A DNA stretch of 64,000 nt from Chrysemys picta bellii. Lineage: Eukaryota. The notes under the pieces were generated by a model, which was not told the DNA's origin, made no database searches, and saw only the letters and a program-made list of their open reading frames with translations. Shown piece after piece: positions 11,300-22,855 of the stretch. Where the stretch lies: contig NC_088802.1 of assembly GCF_011386835.1 (NCBI RefSeq), positions 2,232,001-2,296,000 of the forward strand. The letters run 5' to 3'. How positions within the stretch are numbered: the stretch's first letter is position 1; the number at the start of each line of letters is the position of its first letter. The translations under genes were made by a program, and so were the position numbers.

Positions 11300-11919
11300 C
11301 CGCGTGCCGGTGCGTCTGCGCGCTGGGGGACAAGCGGGGCGGCCGGGGCCTGTGCGCGTTGGGCACCGCTTGCTGCTGAACGGGAGCTGAGAGCCCGGGG
11401 GTGAGTGGGGCGCGGCCCCCCCGTGCAAAGGGGGCGGGGGATCTGCCCTAGTGCGTGGGGGGCTGGGGGCGGACCCTCCAGTGCTGAGCGATCTGTCCCT
11501 AGTGCGGGGGGGAGGGGAGGAGGGAGCTGACCCTCCAGGGCGGAGGGGGCAGGGGGATTTGCACCCCAGTGCAATGTGGGGGAGCATTTACCCCTCACCT
11601 CCGCCTGGGCAATAGTTGGGGACGAGCTGGGGGGTGCAACGGGGGAAAGGGCCATTCACCCCCCCCCCCCCCAGTGCCGTGTGGGGGAGCCACGGGCCGG
11701 TGATTTCCCCCTCCCCCCATTGCAATCCGGAAAGTGGGGGGGAGGGTCATGGGGGGCAGGGGTTTCCTCTACTCCACAGCCAGGGGGGACCCCCTTGTCC
11801 CGGGGTGGATGGTTCAGGGAGCCCCCCCGTTGTGGCTGGGAATGGGGAGTTCCCAGCCTGTGGATGAAAGAGGAAGGGGTGCCCCGTCGTTCCTGAGCCA
11901 GTGGTAATTTTCTATGTTG

Positions 11920-12240
11920 ATTCGGGGGGGTCAGAGAGAGGTGTATAATTGACCCCCGTGCCATACCCCAGAGGCAGCTGCATCTCAGTGCCAGGCAAGG
12001 GGTCCCTGTATAACCGACTCCCATCCCTTCCCCAGAGCCAGCCACATCTCTGTAAGAGGCGAGGGGTCCCTGTATAACTGGCCCACCCCAGAACCAGCTG
12101 TGTCTTGGCGCCAGGCAAGAGTTTCCCATATAACTGACCCCTCTTGCGCCCCACCCCAGAGCTAGCCGCATCTCAGTGCTGGGTGAGGGGGTCCCTGTAT
12201 AACTAGTCCCCTGCCCCACCCCAGAGAGGGCACTTCTCAG
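11920..12240. repeat. Degenerate ~63-bp tandem repeat
   Basis: Recurrent GGGTCCCTGTATAACT..CCCCAGAG.CAGC.GCATCTCAGTGC. Confidence 0.65.
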
Positions 12241-12404
12241 CAGTGGCTGGGAGAGATTGTACTGTCTGTACTGGGAGCTTGCGTGAGTGTTGGCTTGTGG
12301 GGCTGCAGGCTGAGCCCCCCCCCTCCCCCCCGCTCATCACACAAGCGAGCAGGGCTTTGGTGCGGGCTGGGCTGATGCCGCCTCTCTCTGCAGAGGACGG
12401 GAAG

Positions 12405-15400
12405 ATGAGCAGCTCCGAGGAAGTGTCCTGGATTTCCTGGTTCTGTGGCCTGCGTGGAAATGAATTCTTCTGTGAGGTGAGCGGCGGGGCTGGGAGCCAG
12501 GACTCCTGGGTTCTCTCCTGGCTGTGGGAGGGGAGTCTAGTGGTCTGCGGGGGTGGGGGGGTGCACCCGGACTCCTGGGTTCTCATCCTGTCTCTCTCCC
12601 CCCCCAGGTGGACGAGGATTACATCCAGGACAAGTTTAACCTGACGGGGCTGAATGAGCAGGTCCCCCATTATCGCCAGGCGCTCGACATGATCCTCGAC
12701 TTGGAGCCAGGTGCCGGGGCGGGGGGGTCCCTGTCTGAGTCCCCTGGCCCCATCAGCTCCCCGCCTGCTTTGCGTGTGGCCTTTGTCTCCTTCCTTGTGG
12801 GCAGGGGCCCTGACATTGCCCCCCACCCCACCGAATGGACCAGCCCCAAACCTGCCACGCTTGGCACCTGCCCTTCGTTCAACTGACAGGCCAGGCTGCG
12901 TGTGGCACGGTTGTGTATGCGGCAGGGTGTGTGTGTGCGCATGTCTTGCACAAGCGTGGAGGAAGGGTGTGCATGGAGGACAGGGTTGTGAGTTTATCGC
13001 AGAGTTGTGTGTCTTGCACAAGTGTGGAGGAGGGGTGTGTGTGGGTCCATCGCATGGTTGTTTGCGGACAACAGATGCACATGGCACACCTGGATCTGAG
13101 CCCCTTGTCCCTTCTTGCACAACCGTGAGGGCGTGAATTGCTTGTGCCTGCCCTTTGCACAACAACAGGGGTCTGACTCGTGTATAGCTGCCCCTTCACA
13201 CGTGCGCAAGGAGCCCCAGCTTGCACGTTTCACACTGCGGAGGGGGGGCGGGGGGGGCGGGCTCAACGGAGGGCTCATCATGACCCCCTCACTGGGCAGT
13301 GGTTGCCCTCACACCCGGCCAGTTGTGCGAAAGCGGCATGGGTGTCTCAGCCATGCGATGGGCTGGGCTCGGGGGTGTCCGTCGCCTGAATCGCTGGGAC
13401 TGGGGCCCACCCTCTCCCGCCTCTTCCTTCCACTTTAATATGGCCAAATATAAGCCCGTGTGACCAGGAATAAAGCCCTCCGGCCAATGGGGTCCTGGGG
13501 GAGAATCAGCTGAACAGAATCTCCCCGCGTGACGTGGGTGAATGCGAGGCTGCGACGGAGATCCGAAGGTTTCAAGGCCAGAAGAGTCATTGATTCAGCG
13601 ACTCCAGCGTTCGAAGGGACCACGGTGCTCAGCTCACCTGCCCTCCCGGATCACGCAGCGCGGATCTGTTAGAAAAACAGCCCGGCTTGATGGGAAAACG
13701 GCTGGCGATGGAGAATCCGCCACGACCCCAGATCTTGTGCCGATGGTTCATTACGCTCCTGGGACAAATCTATGCTGGATATAAACAGGGGAATCGCAAG
13801 GTTCTTTTCCCTCCGGTGCGACCGCTGCTAGGATCCTGCGTCCGGTTCTGGTGGCTGCAGTTCCAGAAAGGAGGGTGATCGATTGGCGAGGGGCCGGACA
13901 AGAACCATGAGAATGAATAAAGGATTGGAGAACAGAGATTTCAGGAACTCACTCTGTTGAGCTTTAAAGCGCCCCGCGAGAATATTTTTTTAATTTCACT
14001 CTGACTTGCAATACCCACTCCCACCTGCTCCCGCATTGGTTCTTACATTTTTATTCCGCTTCCACCTGCAAAAAGCTTAGATCCTGCAAATCCTGCGAGT
14101 GAGACAGATTTCCACCGTGCTACCAAAACCAACCTCCCCCCACGGTCATTCAATATGGAATTCAGACACAATTTTTACCTCTAAAAGAATAAAACAAATC
14201 GTGCTTAAGTCATGTTAAAAAGAAAACAAAAATCTTTAACTCCTGTTATAACAGACCTCAAATCTTATTATCTGTCACTTAAATGAAGGTTTTAACATTT
14301 AAATTTAAAAAACCTTTATTTAAAAAAAAGCCACTTGCTTTATGCTGCTGAAATTCTATTTACGACCAACTGTTGTCGTGTGTAGATCGCACAGCACCTC
14401 AAACCAAATTGCGCCACTTTTTTGCCGTAAGTGCAGATTTTTTTTTTTAATGCTTATAAAAAGTAAGTTTAAAAAAAATCCGGGAGTTTTTTAAAACCAC
14501 GTTAACGCCGTTTTTACTCTATTGAAATGTACGATTCAAGTTATTTATATGTCGGGATTATTACGGCTTTTTGAAAAAACATTTACCAGGAAAACTGCTC
14601 CCAGCGCTAGAGTTTTTGGTCAAAATAAATCATAAAAAGCTCAAACTAAGTAGCTAAATGTGCGTTTTTGTTTTCCTTCAAATTCCTGCGGTCTGGTATT
14701 TTTGTCCATCCAATCCTGCCCACAACAAAGTCCATTTTCCCCTCTCCTGCTATTACGGCAGCAGGTCCTGCGGGATCCCAGCCCCGCTGCCGGGCTCTTC
14801 CTCACAGAGGGAAGGGAAAGGGGTGATTTGATCCTGTCTGGACGTGCCCCCGCGGAGGATAGATTTGGCAGTGGCTCTCCGATCTAGCAGACGGGGACCC
14901 CATGGGCGGAGGCGGACAGATGCTAGATGAATTCAGAGGGGAAGTAACACGCGCGTTGTAGGCACTGAGGAGGATTAAGCAGGGGGACGATTTGCGACGG
15001 GTCGGGGTGGATGTACGGTCGCTGGCGATGTTTAAATCCAGAGGGGCTGGTTTTTCTCCCCGATTCGCCGTAGGAATTAATTCCGGGCAGTCGTTGTGGT
15101 CAGACTGTACGGTTGGGTTGGGGTGACCCTGAGCGCCCAGCGTTCCCCCCGCCCCCCGGCTCTGTGGGGTCTCCCCCTCCTGTCTCTCTCACACAGCCCC
15201 TTTCCTTGCAGACGAGGAGCTGGAGGACAACCCCAACCAGAGCGACCTGATTGAACAGGCAGCAGAGATGCTGTATGGGCTGATCCACGCCCGGTACATC
15301 CTCACCAACCGCGGCATCGCCCAGATGGTGAGTGCCAGCCCCCGCCCCCCTGAGCCAGCCAGTCCCTGCCCTGGGGCTGGATGGAAGCCAGCACCCCCTA

Positions 15401-17254
15401 GAAGGGACAGGCCCCTGCCTCATACCCCATTCCCCACTCCCCCGAGCCAGCTAGTCCCTGCCCTGGGGCCGGATGGGAGCCGGCGCCCCCTAGAGGGGAC
15501 AGGCCCCTGCCCCCTTCCCCGCCCCCCGAGCCAGCCAGTCCCTGCCCTGGGGCTGGATCGGAGCCAGCACCCCCTAGAAGGGACAGGCCCCATGCCCCAC
15601 TCCCCCGAGCCAGCTAGTCCCTGCCCTGGGGTCGGATGGGAGCTGGCGCCCCCTAGAGGGGACAGGCCCCTGCCCTCTTCCCCGCCCCCCGAGCCAGCCA
15701 GTCCCCGTCCTGGGGCTGGGTGGGAGCTGGCGCCCCCTAGAGGAGGGAGGTCCCATTCCCAGCCCAGTGTCTCATCCTTTCTCTCTTTTCTTCCCAGCTT
15801 GAGAAGTACCAGCAGGGAGACTTCGGCTACTGTCCTCGTGTCTATTGTGAAAACCAGCCCATGCTGCCCATTGGTAAGTGCAGGAGGGCAGTGGGGCCTA
15901 GTGGTTAGAGCAGGAGGGGCTGGGAGCCAGGACTCCTGGGTTCTCTCCCGGCTCTGGGAGGGGAGTGGGGGCTAGTGGTTAGAGCAGGGTGGCTGGGAGC
16001 CAGGACTCCTGGGTTCTCTCCCGGCTCTGGGAAGGGAGTGGGGGCTAGTGGTTAGAGCAGGAGGGGCTGGGAGCCAGGACTCCTGGGTTCTCTCCCGGCT
16101 CTGGGAGGGGAGTGGGGCCTGGTGGTTAGAACTGGAGGGGGAGGGACACTGGGAGCCAGGACTCCTGGGTTCTCCCTGACCTCTCTCCCTCCCCCCAGGC
16201 CTGTCTGACATCCCCGGCGAGGCCATGGTGAAACTCTACTGCCCCAAGTGCATGGACGTCTACACCCCCAAGTCCTCCCGCCACCACCACACGGACGGGG
16301 CCTACTTCGGTACCGGCTTCCCCCACATGCTCTTCATGGTGCACCCCGAGTACAGGCCCAAGCGGCCAGCCAATCAGTTTGTCCCCAGGTGAGCTGCCAC
16401 CCGCTGCCATTGGCCGGGGCAGAGTCCAGTCCCAGCGGGTCGGGGAATCCAGCTCCGGGTTTTTTCCCCCGTCCTGATGGGCTGGAGCCCAAGTCTGTAC
16501 TGGGGCGGGCCAGCTCCACTTCTTCCCTCCCCTGGCAGGCTGTGGCTAGAGTCCGTTCCAGTGGACTCTGGATCCGCCTCCAGCTCTTCCATCTCCTCTG
16601 GAGAGCTGTATCTGGCAGCCCATTCTAGTGGATCCAGATATCCAGGTCTTCCATCCATTCCCCCGGGGGCTTGGCCCCCAATCCGGCTCGGCCCCCAATC
16701 CGGCTCCTCCTTCCTGCCCCTCATGGGCCAGTTCCCAGAGTCCATTCCAGCTGGGCACACGGATCTGGCTCCAGGTTTTCTCCTCCCTCCCCCATTGTGG
16801 CTGTGGCCGGACTCCGTTCCAGGGGGATCCAGCTCCTGTATTTCCCACCACTACTGATTGTAGCTGGGCTCCATTCCAGGGGGCATATGGGAATCTGGTT
16901 CCGGGTCTTCCTTCTCCCATGCACAAACTAGGGCTGCAGCTAGAGTCCATTCCCTTGGGCACAACTATGCCAATTCCGGCTCTTCCTCCTCATACAGATG
17001 ACCGTTGACTCTGGAACCTACTGATGTCCCCACAAACACCAGCTTGACAGAAATCTATGGCGGCTGCCTGGGGCTGTGGTGGGGGGCTTGTGGGCATGGC
17101 TGGGGCTTGGGTAACCCCCACCACTTACTCCCAAATGTTAACCCCTTCCTCTCCTTTTGGTAGGCTCTACGGCTTTAAGATCCACCCCATGGCGTATCAG
17201 CTGCAACTGCAAGCCGCCAGCAACTTCAAGAGCCCTGTCAAAACCATCCGCTGA
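12405..17254 (+). CDS. CSNK2B: Casein kinase II subunit beta, 215 aa, 6 coding exons
   Basis: Exons 12405-12476, 12608-12710, 15212-15327, 15798-15873, 16199-16388, 17164-17254 (72+103+116+76+190+91=648 nt), all GT/AG; protein [25 protein letters not shown]...[10 protein letters not shown]. Confidence 0.99.
13560..13900 (-). mobile_element. Old CR1 LINE 3' fragment (GC/CpG-shifted)
   Basis: ggatctgttagaaaaacagcccggcttgat..gatggagaatccgccacgaccc resembles the reverse complement of the turtle CR1 3' end as recalled. Confidence 0.55.
14880..15110 (+). mobile_element. Old CR1 LINE 3' fragment (GC/CpG-shifted)
   Basis: tcgctggcgatgtttaaatccaga..taggaattaatt resembles CR1 3' consensus tcactggcaatttttaaatcaaga..taggaattattt. 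Confidence 0.5.
15340..15760. repeat. Tandem GC-rich repeat in a CSNK2B intron
   Basis: GAGCCAGCCAGTCCCTGCCCTGGGG..CCCCCTAGAGGGGACAGGCCCC units, about 5 copies. Confidence 0.8.
15890..16180. repeat. Tandem ~70-bp repeat (tRNA/SINE-like unit) in a CSNK2B intron
   Basis: GGGGCTAGTGGTTAGAGCAGGAGGGGCTGGGAGCCAGGACTCCTGGGTTCTCTCCCGGCTCTGGGAGGGGA x4; dispersed copies at ~12490, 17560-17670, 22480-22620, 60120-60280, 63720-63830. Confidence 0.8.
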
Positions 17255-17498
17255 TCTTCCGCCTGGATGCCTGGGTCCCCATCTCCTAAGCCAGCCCCTT
17301 TTCCTCCATTTCCCCCTGGGACAGGGCCACTTCGGTTTGATTTTTTTGGGGTCCCCTTGGACTGGTCTGAGTCCCCACCTCCCTGCTTTCCTCTTATCGA
17401 GTCTGATTTTAGTTGCCTTTAAATTAATATTTCGTTCTCAGAAAAACACACATAAAACTCAGAAAAAGTTCAGAAGTATTCTTGTTTCTTTTTTCAAA

Positions 17499-17504
17499 AA
17501 TAAA
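17499..17504 (+). terminator. CSNK2B polyadenylation signal
   Basis: AATAAA ~245 nt after the stop codon. Confidence 0.65.
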
Positions 17505-17974
17505 TCGAGGAAGATTTGATTCTCAGCTGTGAAAGTGGGGTCCAGTGGGTTAGAGCAGGGGTGGGGAGGGCTGGCAGCCTGGATTTCTGGGTTCTATCCC
17601 AGCTCTGGGAGGGGAGTGGGGGCTAGTGGTTAGAGCAGGAGGGGCTGGGAGCCAGGACTCCTGGGTTCTGCCCACAACCTGTGCTCTGCAGCCGTTCCCT
17701 GGCTCCAGCCTGTTTGCTCTGGGTGCTGGGGTCTCTGTATGTGGTGTTCTTCCATTGGGCCCATGTCTGGCTGTCCTCACCCTTGGCCTGACCCTCACTG
17801 GGGAGTCCAGGGGCTATTTGAAAGCCCTGGGGGTGGGTGGTGTGGGGGGCTTGCCCCCTTTGCTAAGGGGGAGGAGCTACTGAGCCCAGCCTTCAGCTGA
17901 ACAGTGGGGACAAGGGAAGAGAAAACAGGTGTGGGGGTGAGGTTGAGGCTTGTAGTGAGGGCTCCAGAGGGGAA

Positions 17975-18509
17975 GCTGTGGTAGTCTGGAAATGTAAAAA
18001 GCGACAGAGTCCTGTGGCACCTTATAGACTAACAGATGTATTGGAGCATAAGCTTTTGTGGGTGAATGCCCACTTCACCAGATGCATGTGGTGGAAATTT
18101 CCAGGGGCAGGTATAAATATGCCGGCAAGAATCAGTCAGGAGATAATGAGGTTAGTTCAATTAGGGAAGATGAGGTTCTCTTCTAGCAGTTGAGGTGTGA
18201 ACACCAAGGGAGGAGAAACTGCTTTAGTAGTGGGCTAGCCAGTCACACTCTGTTTAATCCTGAGCTGATGGGGTCAAATTTGCTCAGGAGTTTCTCTTTG
18301 GAATCTGGTCCTGAAGTGTTTCTGCTGTAAGATGGCTACCTTTCCATCTGCTATTGTGTGGCCTGGGAGGTTGAAGTATTCTCCTACAGGTTTTTGTATA
18401 TTGCCATTCCTGATATCTGACTTGTGTCCACTTATCCTTTTACATAGGGACTGTGGAATTTAGCTGATGTACATAGAGGGGCATTGCTGGCACATGGCAC
18501 ACATTACAC
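17975..18509 (-). mobile_element. Penelope-like element 3' fragment (GIY-YIG endonuclease end plus terminal repeat)
   Basis: Minus-strand translation ..QSLCKRISGHKSDIRNGNIQKPVGEYFNLPGHTIAD..SGLNRVCDWLAHY; terminal motif GTCCTGTGGCACCTTATAGACTAAC. Confidence 0.85.
18046..18088 (-). ncRNA. Degenerate minimal hammerhead ribozyme of the Penelope terminal repeat
   Basis: Minus strand CATGCAT-CTGGTGA-A-GTGGG(cattca)CCCAC-AAAA-GCTTATGC; canonical core would be CTGATGA..GAAA with palindromic AAGCTT. Confidence 0.6.
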
Positions 18510-20012
18510 AGGGGACAGAGAGCAGAGACCCCCATGCTCTGCCCCAAGGCAGGACTATGCCAGGGAGTGGAAATAGACCCCCTGCTCACAGATCTCCTCC
18601 CCCTGCCCTGAAGGGATGGGGGTGCATCTTGGCTGGCACAGAGTAGAGGCTGATGAGATCCTGTGGCTTGGGGGCAGGGGGTGATCCTGGCTGGGGTGTG
18701 CCAGGCTGAAGTGGGGTGGGGAGAGGTGCCAGGTTCTCCCACTGCTGCAGAAAGGGCTGGGGATGTACCTGTGCCACAGCTCCGCAGAGGAGGCACCAGC
18801 TAGCCCCATGGCACCAGTAGGGAGCCCAGGCTGGCCCACTGGGGCCCCTCACCCACCTGGGGCAGCAGGTCCTGCTGCTCTGTGTCAGGGCAAGACACAA
18901 GGACAGGGTGGAGTTCACATGTGTAGAGCTGGTTCCTGGATGCAGTTTGGGGGCAGCTGGTGGGGCAGGGGCCCTGTGCCAAGGTGGGAGAGGGGCAGGC
19001 AGTGAGTGACCTCCCCCAGGGCCCTGCCCTGGCAGCTACTGGGTGAATGGTCTCTACGCAGGGCCCTGTGCTAAGGGGCTGCTGGGGAGGCCTGTGGGCA
19101 GGTCTGACCCCCTGGGTGTCTGGTGCCCACATCATGGGAAAGGGAGGGGACCCTGTTTCTATGGGGCTCCCTACATTTCAGCCCCTGCCCCATCCCTTCC
19201 ACAGCAGCTGGGTGAGTCCTGCTGTTTCCCCTGCAAACAGACCCCTACAGCCCCCTGCTAGCCCAGCCCTGGGCTCCCCCTGCCCCCACAGCTCCATTGG
19301 GGCCCCTCACTCCTGTACCCAGCCAAACAGCCCTCAAGGAAAGGGGGCAGTGGTGGGTCTGTCTGCACTAACCACGGGATCCCATTCTGCTCCCAGAGCT
19401 GGGAAGGGGATTCAGGCAGCTTGGCTCCCAGTCTCCCCTCCACTCCCCTCCCAGAGTCAGTGAGAACACAGGAGTCCCACTGCAGGTCCTGGGACACTTG
19501 TTCCTTATCACAGTAGTTTTGTGCCCTGGACGTTCTGAGCTGGGGATGGAAGTAGGGGGTTGGGAACACCACTGTCTATGGGCCATGTAAGGCCAGGGAA
19601 GAGAGGGGTGTGGGATAGGTGGATAGATAGAGGCATCTGTGGGGGTGGGAGAACCAGAAAGGGGGATGGATCCCATTTGGGGACCCCCCCCCCAAGTTCC
19701 CACCATCTACAGAAATGCAGGGATCCCCCTGAGTGAACCCAGCTACCCCAACAGCAGGGACTCTCAGGCCATTTATTAAGGGATGTCCAGGCACCCCTTC
19801 GGAGAAGGAAGTGTGGATCTCCAGAGGCAAAGTTTCAACTCACAGCTTAGTTCCCTCTTGGGATGTTGGAGATCTCCAATACTAGGAGTCACGCCAGCAG
19901 AGCCATGACCCATTCACACCAGCTGGGGACCCTGTCTCAGCCCATCATCGGGAAGACCCCACCCATGCAAAGACAGACACCAAATCCACATCCAGTCGAC
20001 AGATATTCAAGC

Positions 20013-20018
20013 TTTATT
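20013..20018 (-). terminator. Candidate polyadenylation signal of the one-domain gene A
   Basis: AATAAA on minus, ~670 nt downstream of the 20686 stop. Confidence 0.5.
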
Positions 20019-20685
20019 TGAGGGCCCCTGACTGACACCCAGGTAGCCTGGCAAATGCTAAAATCAAAAGGAAGTTTACATGGGGTTAAGATCTGTTGCA
20101 GCAGAAGTAGGGGCTCATTTGGGGTATGTCCAATGTCCACCCAGGGAAGCGATTACAGCTACCAGACTCCATCCCGAAGGGAGTGAAGATAGAGGCGAAG
20201 ACCGAGGTCGCTGGAGAGGGCGACAGAGATGAATAGACTGGTGTAAATCAGGATTAACCCTGTTTTCAGTGGAAACAAGGTCAGGATCAAGTCCTGAAAA
20301 GGCACCAGTTGTGGTTAGACAGGACTGAATCCTGACCTAGAACCCCAGCATGAATCCAGACCGAGTCCACCATCGTCAAAGGAGGCAATCCTTAAGTCAC
20401 ATCAACTTTTGAGTCTGTCTGGTTGACCTCTCACTGAGAGAAGGTCAAACTCTACCAACACCAGCAAACCTCAGAGCAGAATCCGGGTCATTGCCTGTAA
20501 CCCCCAAGACCCATTAGAATTATACCCAATATCTCTCACCCATGAACGTCTTCCACAATGGAAGAACAATGGTTTCTACTTTCTGGGGGAAGGGGAATCT
20601 GGGACAGTTTGCTTGTGAGTCTCTTCCACAATTAAACCATTCTGTTAATTGTACTTGGCTTGTTGAAGATCTAACCCCCCAGTAG

Positions 20686-21090
20686 CTAATACATCTTCTT
20701 CACCATCTCCAAGAGCGGTCCAGCCGGGATGTAGTTGACCATCTCCGCCACAGTCTTCACGATGTTCCTGCTGAAGACTCTGGCCACAGCAGTGTCCCAT
20801 CGGGGCATTTTGATGTTGTACTGGACTTGCCCTTCCACATGGAAGATGGATATTTCATTCTCCTGCGTGCCGGACACGAAGACCAGCACCGTGGTCTCGC
20901 TTTGGATGGTCATCCTGGCGTTCTGCTGGACACAAAGCGGCTCCTGGGAGAACTCACTCAGCGCTAGATTGAAACAGGCCTTGAGCTCCTCGGTCAGCCG
21001 CTTCCGGGACTCCAGACGCGTCCGGACCTGGAGAAGCCGCTCGATGCTCAGGGGTTCTGGGAGGGTGGATTTAACCACACACCCACCCAT
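20686..21090 (-). CDS. Uncharacterised 134-aa protein with one copy of the 98-aa domain (gene A)
   Basis: ORF MGGC..PEPLS..CF..A..F..EPLCVQQNARM..FVSG..ENEISI..G.VQY aligns with the repeats of 36065-38455; acceptor aatttccttcctttgtag| at 21142/21141; in-frame TGA two codons before cccATGG. Confidence 0.75.
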   Translation of the reverse strand: MGGCVVKSTLPEPLSIERLLQVRTRLESRKRLTEELKACFNLALSEFSQEPLCVQQNARMTIQSETTVLVFVSGTQENEISIFHVEGQVQYNIKMPRWDTAVARVFSRNIVKTVAEMVNYIPAGPLLEMVKKMY

Positions 21091-21981
21091 GGGTCATCCC
21101 CTGACCTTCACTGGGACTTGATCGCAGGAGACTAATACAATCTACAAAGGAAGGAAATTGGGGTTAGTTCCCTGGAGACCTGGGTTCACACCCATCCCCC
21201 CCTCACAAGTGAGATGAGTTTTCATTTGGTCTCAGCCTAGTTCGGTTAGTAGACCTAGTTGAAATAAACTGGAAACTGAGTAGACGGTCTTGTGACATGG
21301 ATGCTGCTGAGTTCAACACAATTTCTGGTCTCTACTTAGTCAGTGGAAGCCCCAGGGATAGAACCCAGGAGTCCTGGCTCCCAGCCCTCCCACTCAGAGT
21401 AGTCTATCTAAACATCCCATTTTACATACGGAGAAATGGAGGCACGGGCCGGGGGGGTGGGGAAGATACCTGACAAAGGTGGCTGGTGTTTTAAGATCTC
21501 CCAAGGGAATGCACCATTGTGTGGTCTTTAAGTCACCACCCTTGAGACTTCCAAGTGGGTCAGGAACGGGTGTCAGAACCTGGTGACTAGGGGTGGGCCC
21601 GAAATGGTTTTCCAATCCCAGAAACATTTGAGATGTCAAGAAAAATTCACTATTCTGCACTGGGATTGAGGTGAGCCCTTTCCGAGTCCTCTGTGTAAAA
21701 CCAGAGAGAGGCACCTGGTACGGACCCACCCCCTTATTTTGACCAAAAACTCCATCATGGACCCAAGTAATCGTCCCAACGAAGCAGTCTTTGACCCTTC
21801 CCCCTTCTGGCAGAAAGTTTCAGTTTCCACTAACTTTTGGGGGTCAAAATTCCCAGCCCGTCCTGCTCAATGCCCTTGCCCTCCCCATACTGCTGGGGCA
21901 GGGGGGTTAAAGTCCTGCTCCAGCTACATGGAAGAAAGCTACTGGCTTCCCCCCAGGTAGAGTTTCTCCAAGGTCGCTAAG

Positions 21982-22215
21982 GGTTACGTCTACACTGCAG
22001 TGCCAGCCCGCTGCACCGAATTGGAGTGCCCGGGTCAATTCGCTTGGGCTCAGAGCGACACAAGTGTAGACAGGCTCGGGCTAGAGACACGTCCACACCG
22101 CAGGGTTTGAGCCCAAGTCTAGCCCGAGCCTGACAACATCTACACTGCAATCTTATAGCCCCCAGCCAGCTGACCCAGGCCAGCCAGGGGGGTCTCATTG
22201 CCGTGTAGACGTACC
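21982..22215. mobile_element. PIF/Harbinger-type MITE
   Basis: TIRs GGTTACGTCTACAC / GTGTAGACGTACC; duplicate copy at 59630-59876. Confidence 0.75.
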
Positions 22216-22855
22216 TGGGGGCAGATACGTCCCCTCCACTCCAGGCTGTTCATGCTCAGCCAGAACCCCTGAACGTTCCCCATTACTCCCACACCATTGT
22301 TTGCCACTTAGCATGAAACCAGGGGTCAGATCCTCTCCCACACCCTAGGGATCAGCCCCCCTTTAACCAGCTGATTTACTTAGATTAACAGCAACTCAGG
22401 GCATGGACTATCCCAGCACAGCACAGCACAGCAGGTCCTGCAAGCTCAGATGGGACTAGATCCCAGGAGTCCTGACCCCCCACATGTGCTCTCCTCTAAC
22501 CCACTAGCCCCCACTCCCCTCCCAGAGCCAGGGAGAGAACCCAAGAGTCCTGGCTCCCAGCCCCCCTGCTCTAGCCACTGGGCCCCACTCCCCTCCCAGA
22601 GCTGGGGAGAGAACCCAGGCATCCTAGCCTTAAGCCCTACTATAATACACCTGTATACAGCAATTCCTCAGTTGACATACCCCCCCAGCAGTAGGTTCCA
22701 CAGGTTATTAAAGACACTCTTCAAGACACATTGGAAAGTTAAAGCATTCCTAGAACAGAGAACACAATACTAAAAGTTACAAGGGTTAAATAACAGGAAC
22801 AAGACTATAAGGACCCCTCTAGTCCTCCAAATCCTAGCCCCTCTTTAATCCTTAC

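Larger units (their letters stand above)
9180..11420. promoter_or_regulatory. CpG-island bidirectional promoter region GPANK1/CSNK2B
   Basis: High CpG density between head-to-head genes (same arrangement as the human MHC); candidate CSNK2B exon 1 donor GG|GTGAGT at 11400/11401. Confidence 0.85.

Noticed and set aside
12203-13165. 320-aa minus-strand ORF
   Set aside because: Antisense shadow of CSNK2B exons and GC-rich introns; low-complexity sequence without motifs
15268-15975. 235-aa Pro-rich ORF
   Set aside because: CSNK2B exon read-through into a tandem repeat intron
15890-16180. Regular ~70-bp array superficially like CRISPR or tRNA genes
   Set aside because: No unique spacers, no cloverleaf, eukaryotic context; a dispersed turtle repeat
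17550-20000. Expected LY6G5B-like gene
   Set aside because: No spliceable exons with the LU-domain Cys pattern or CCxxDxCN found by eye
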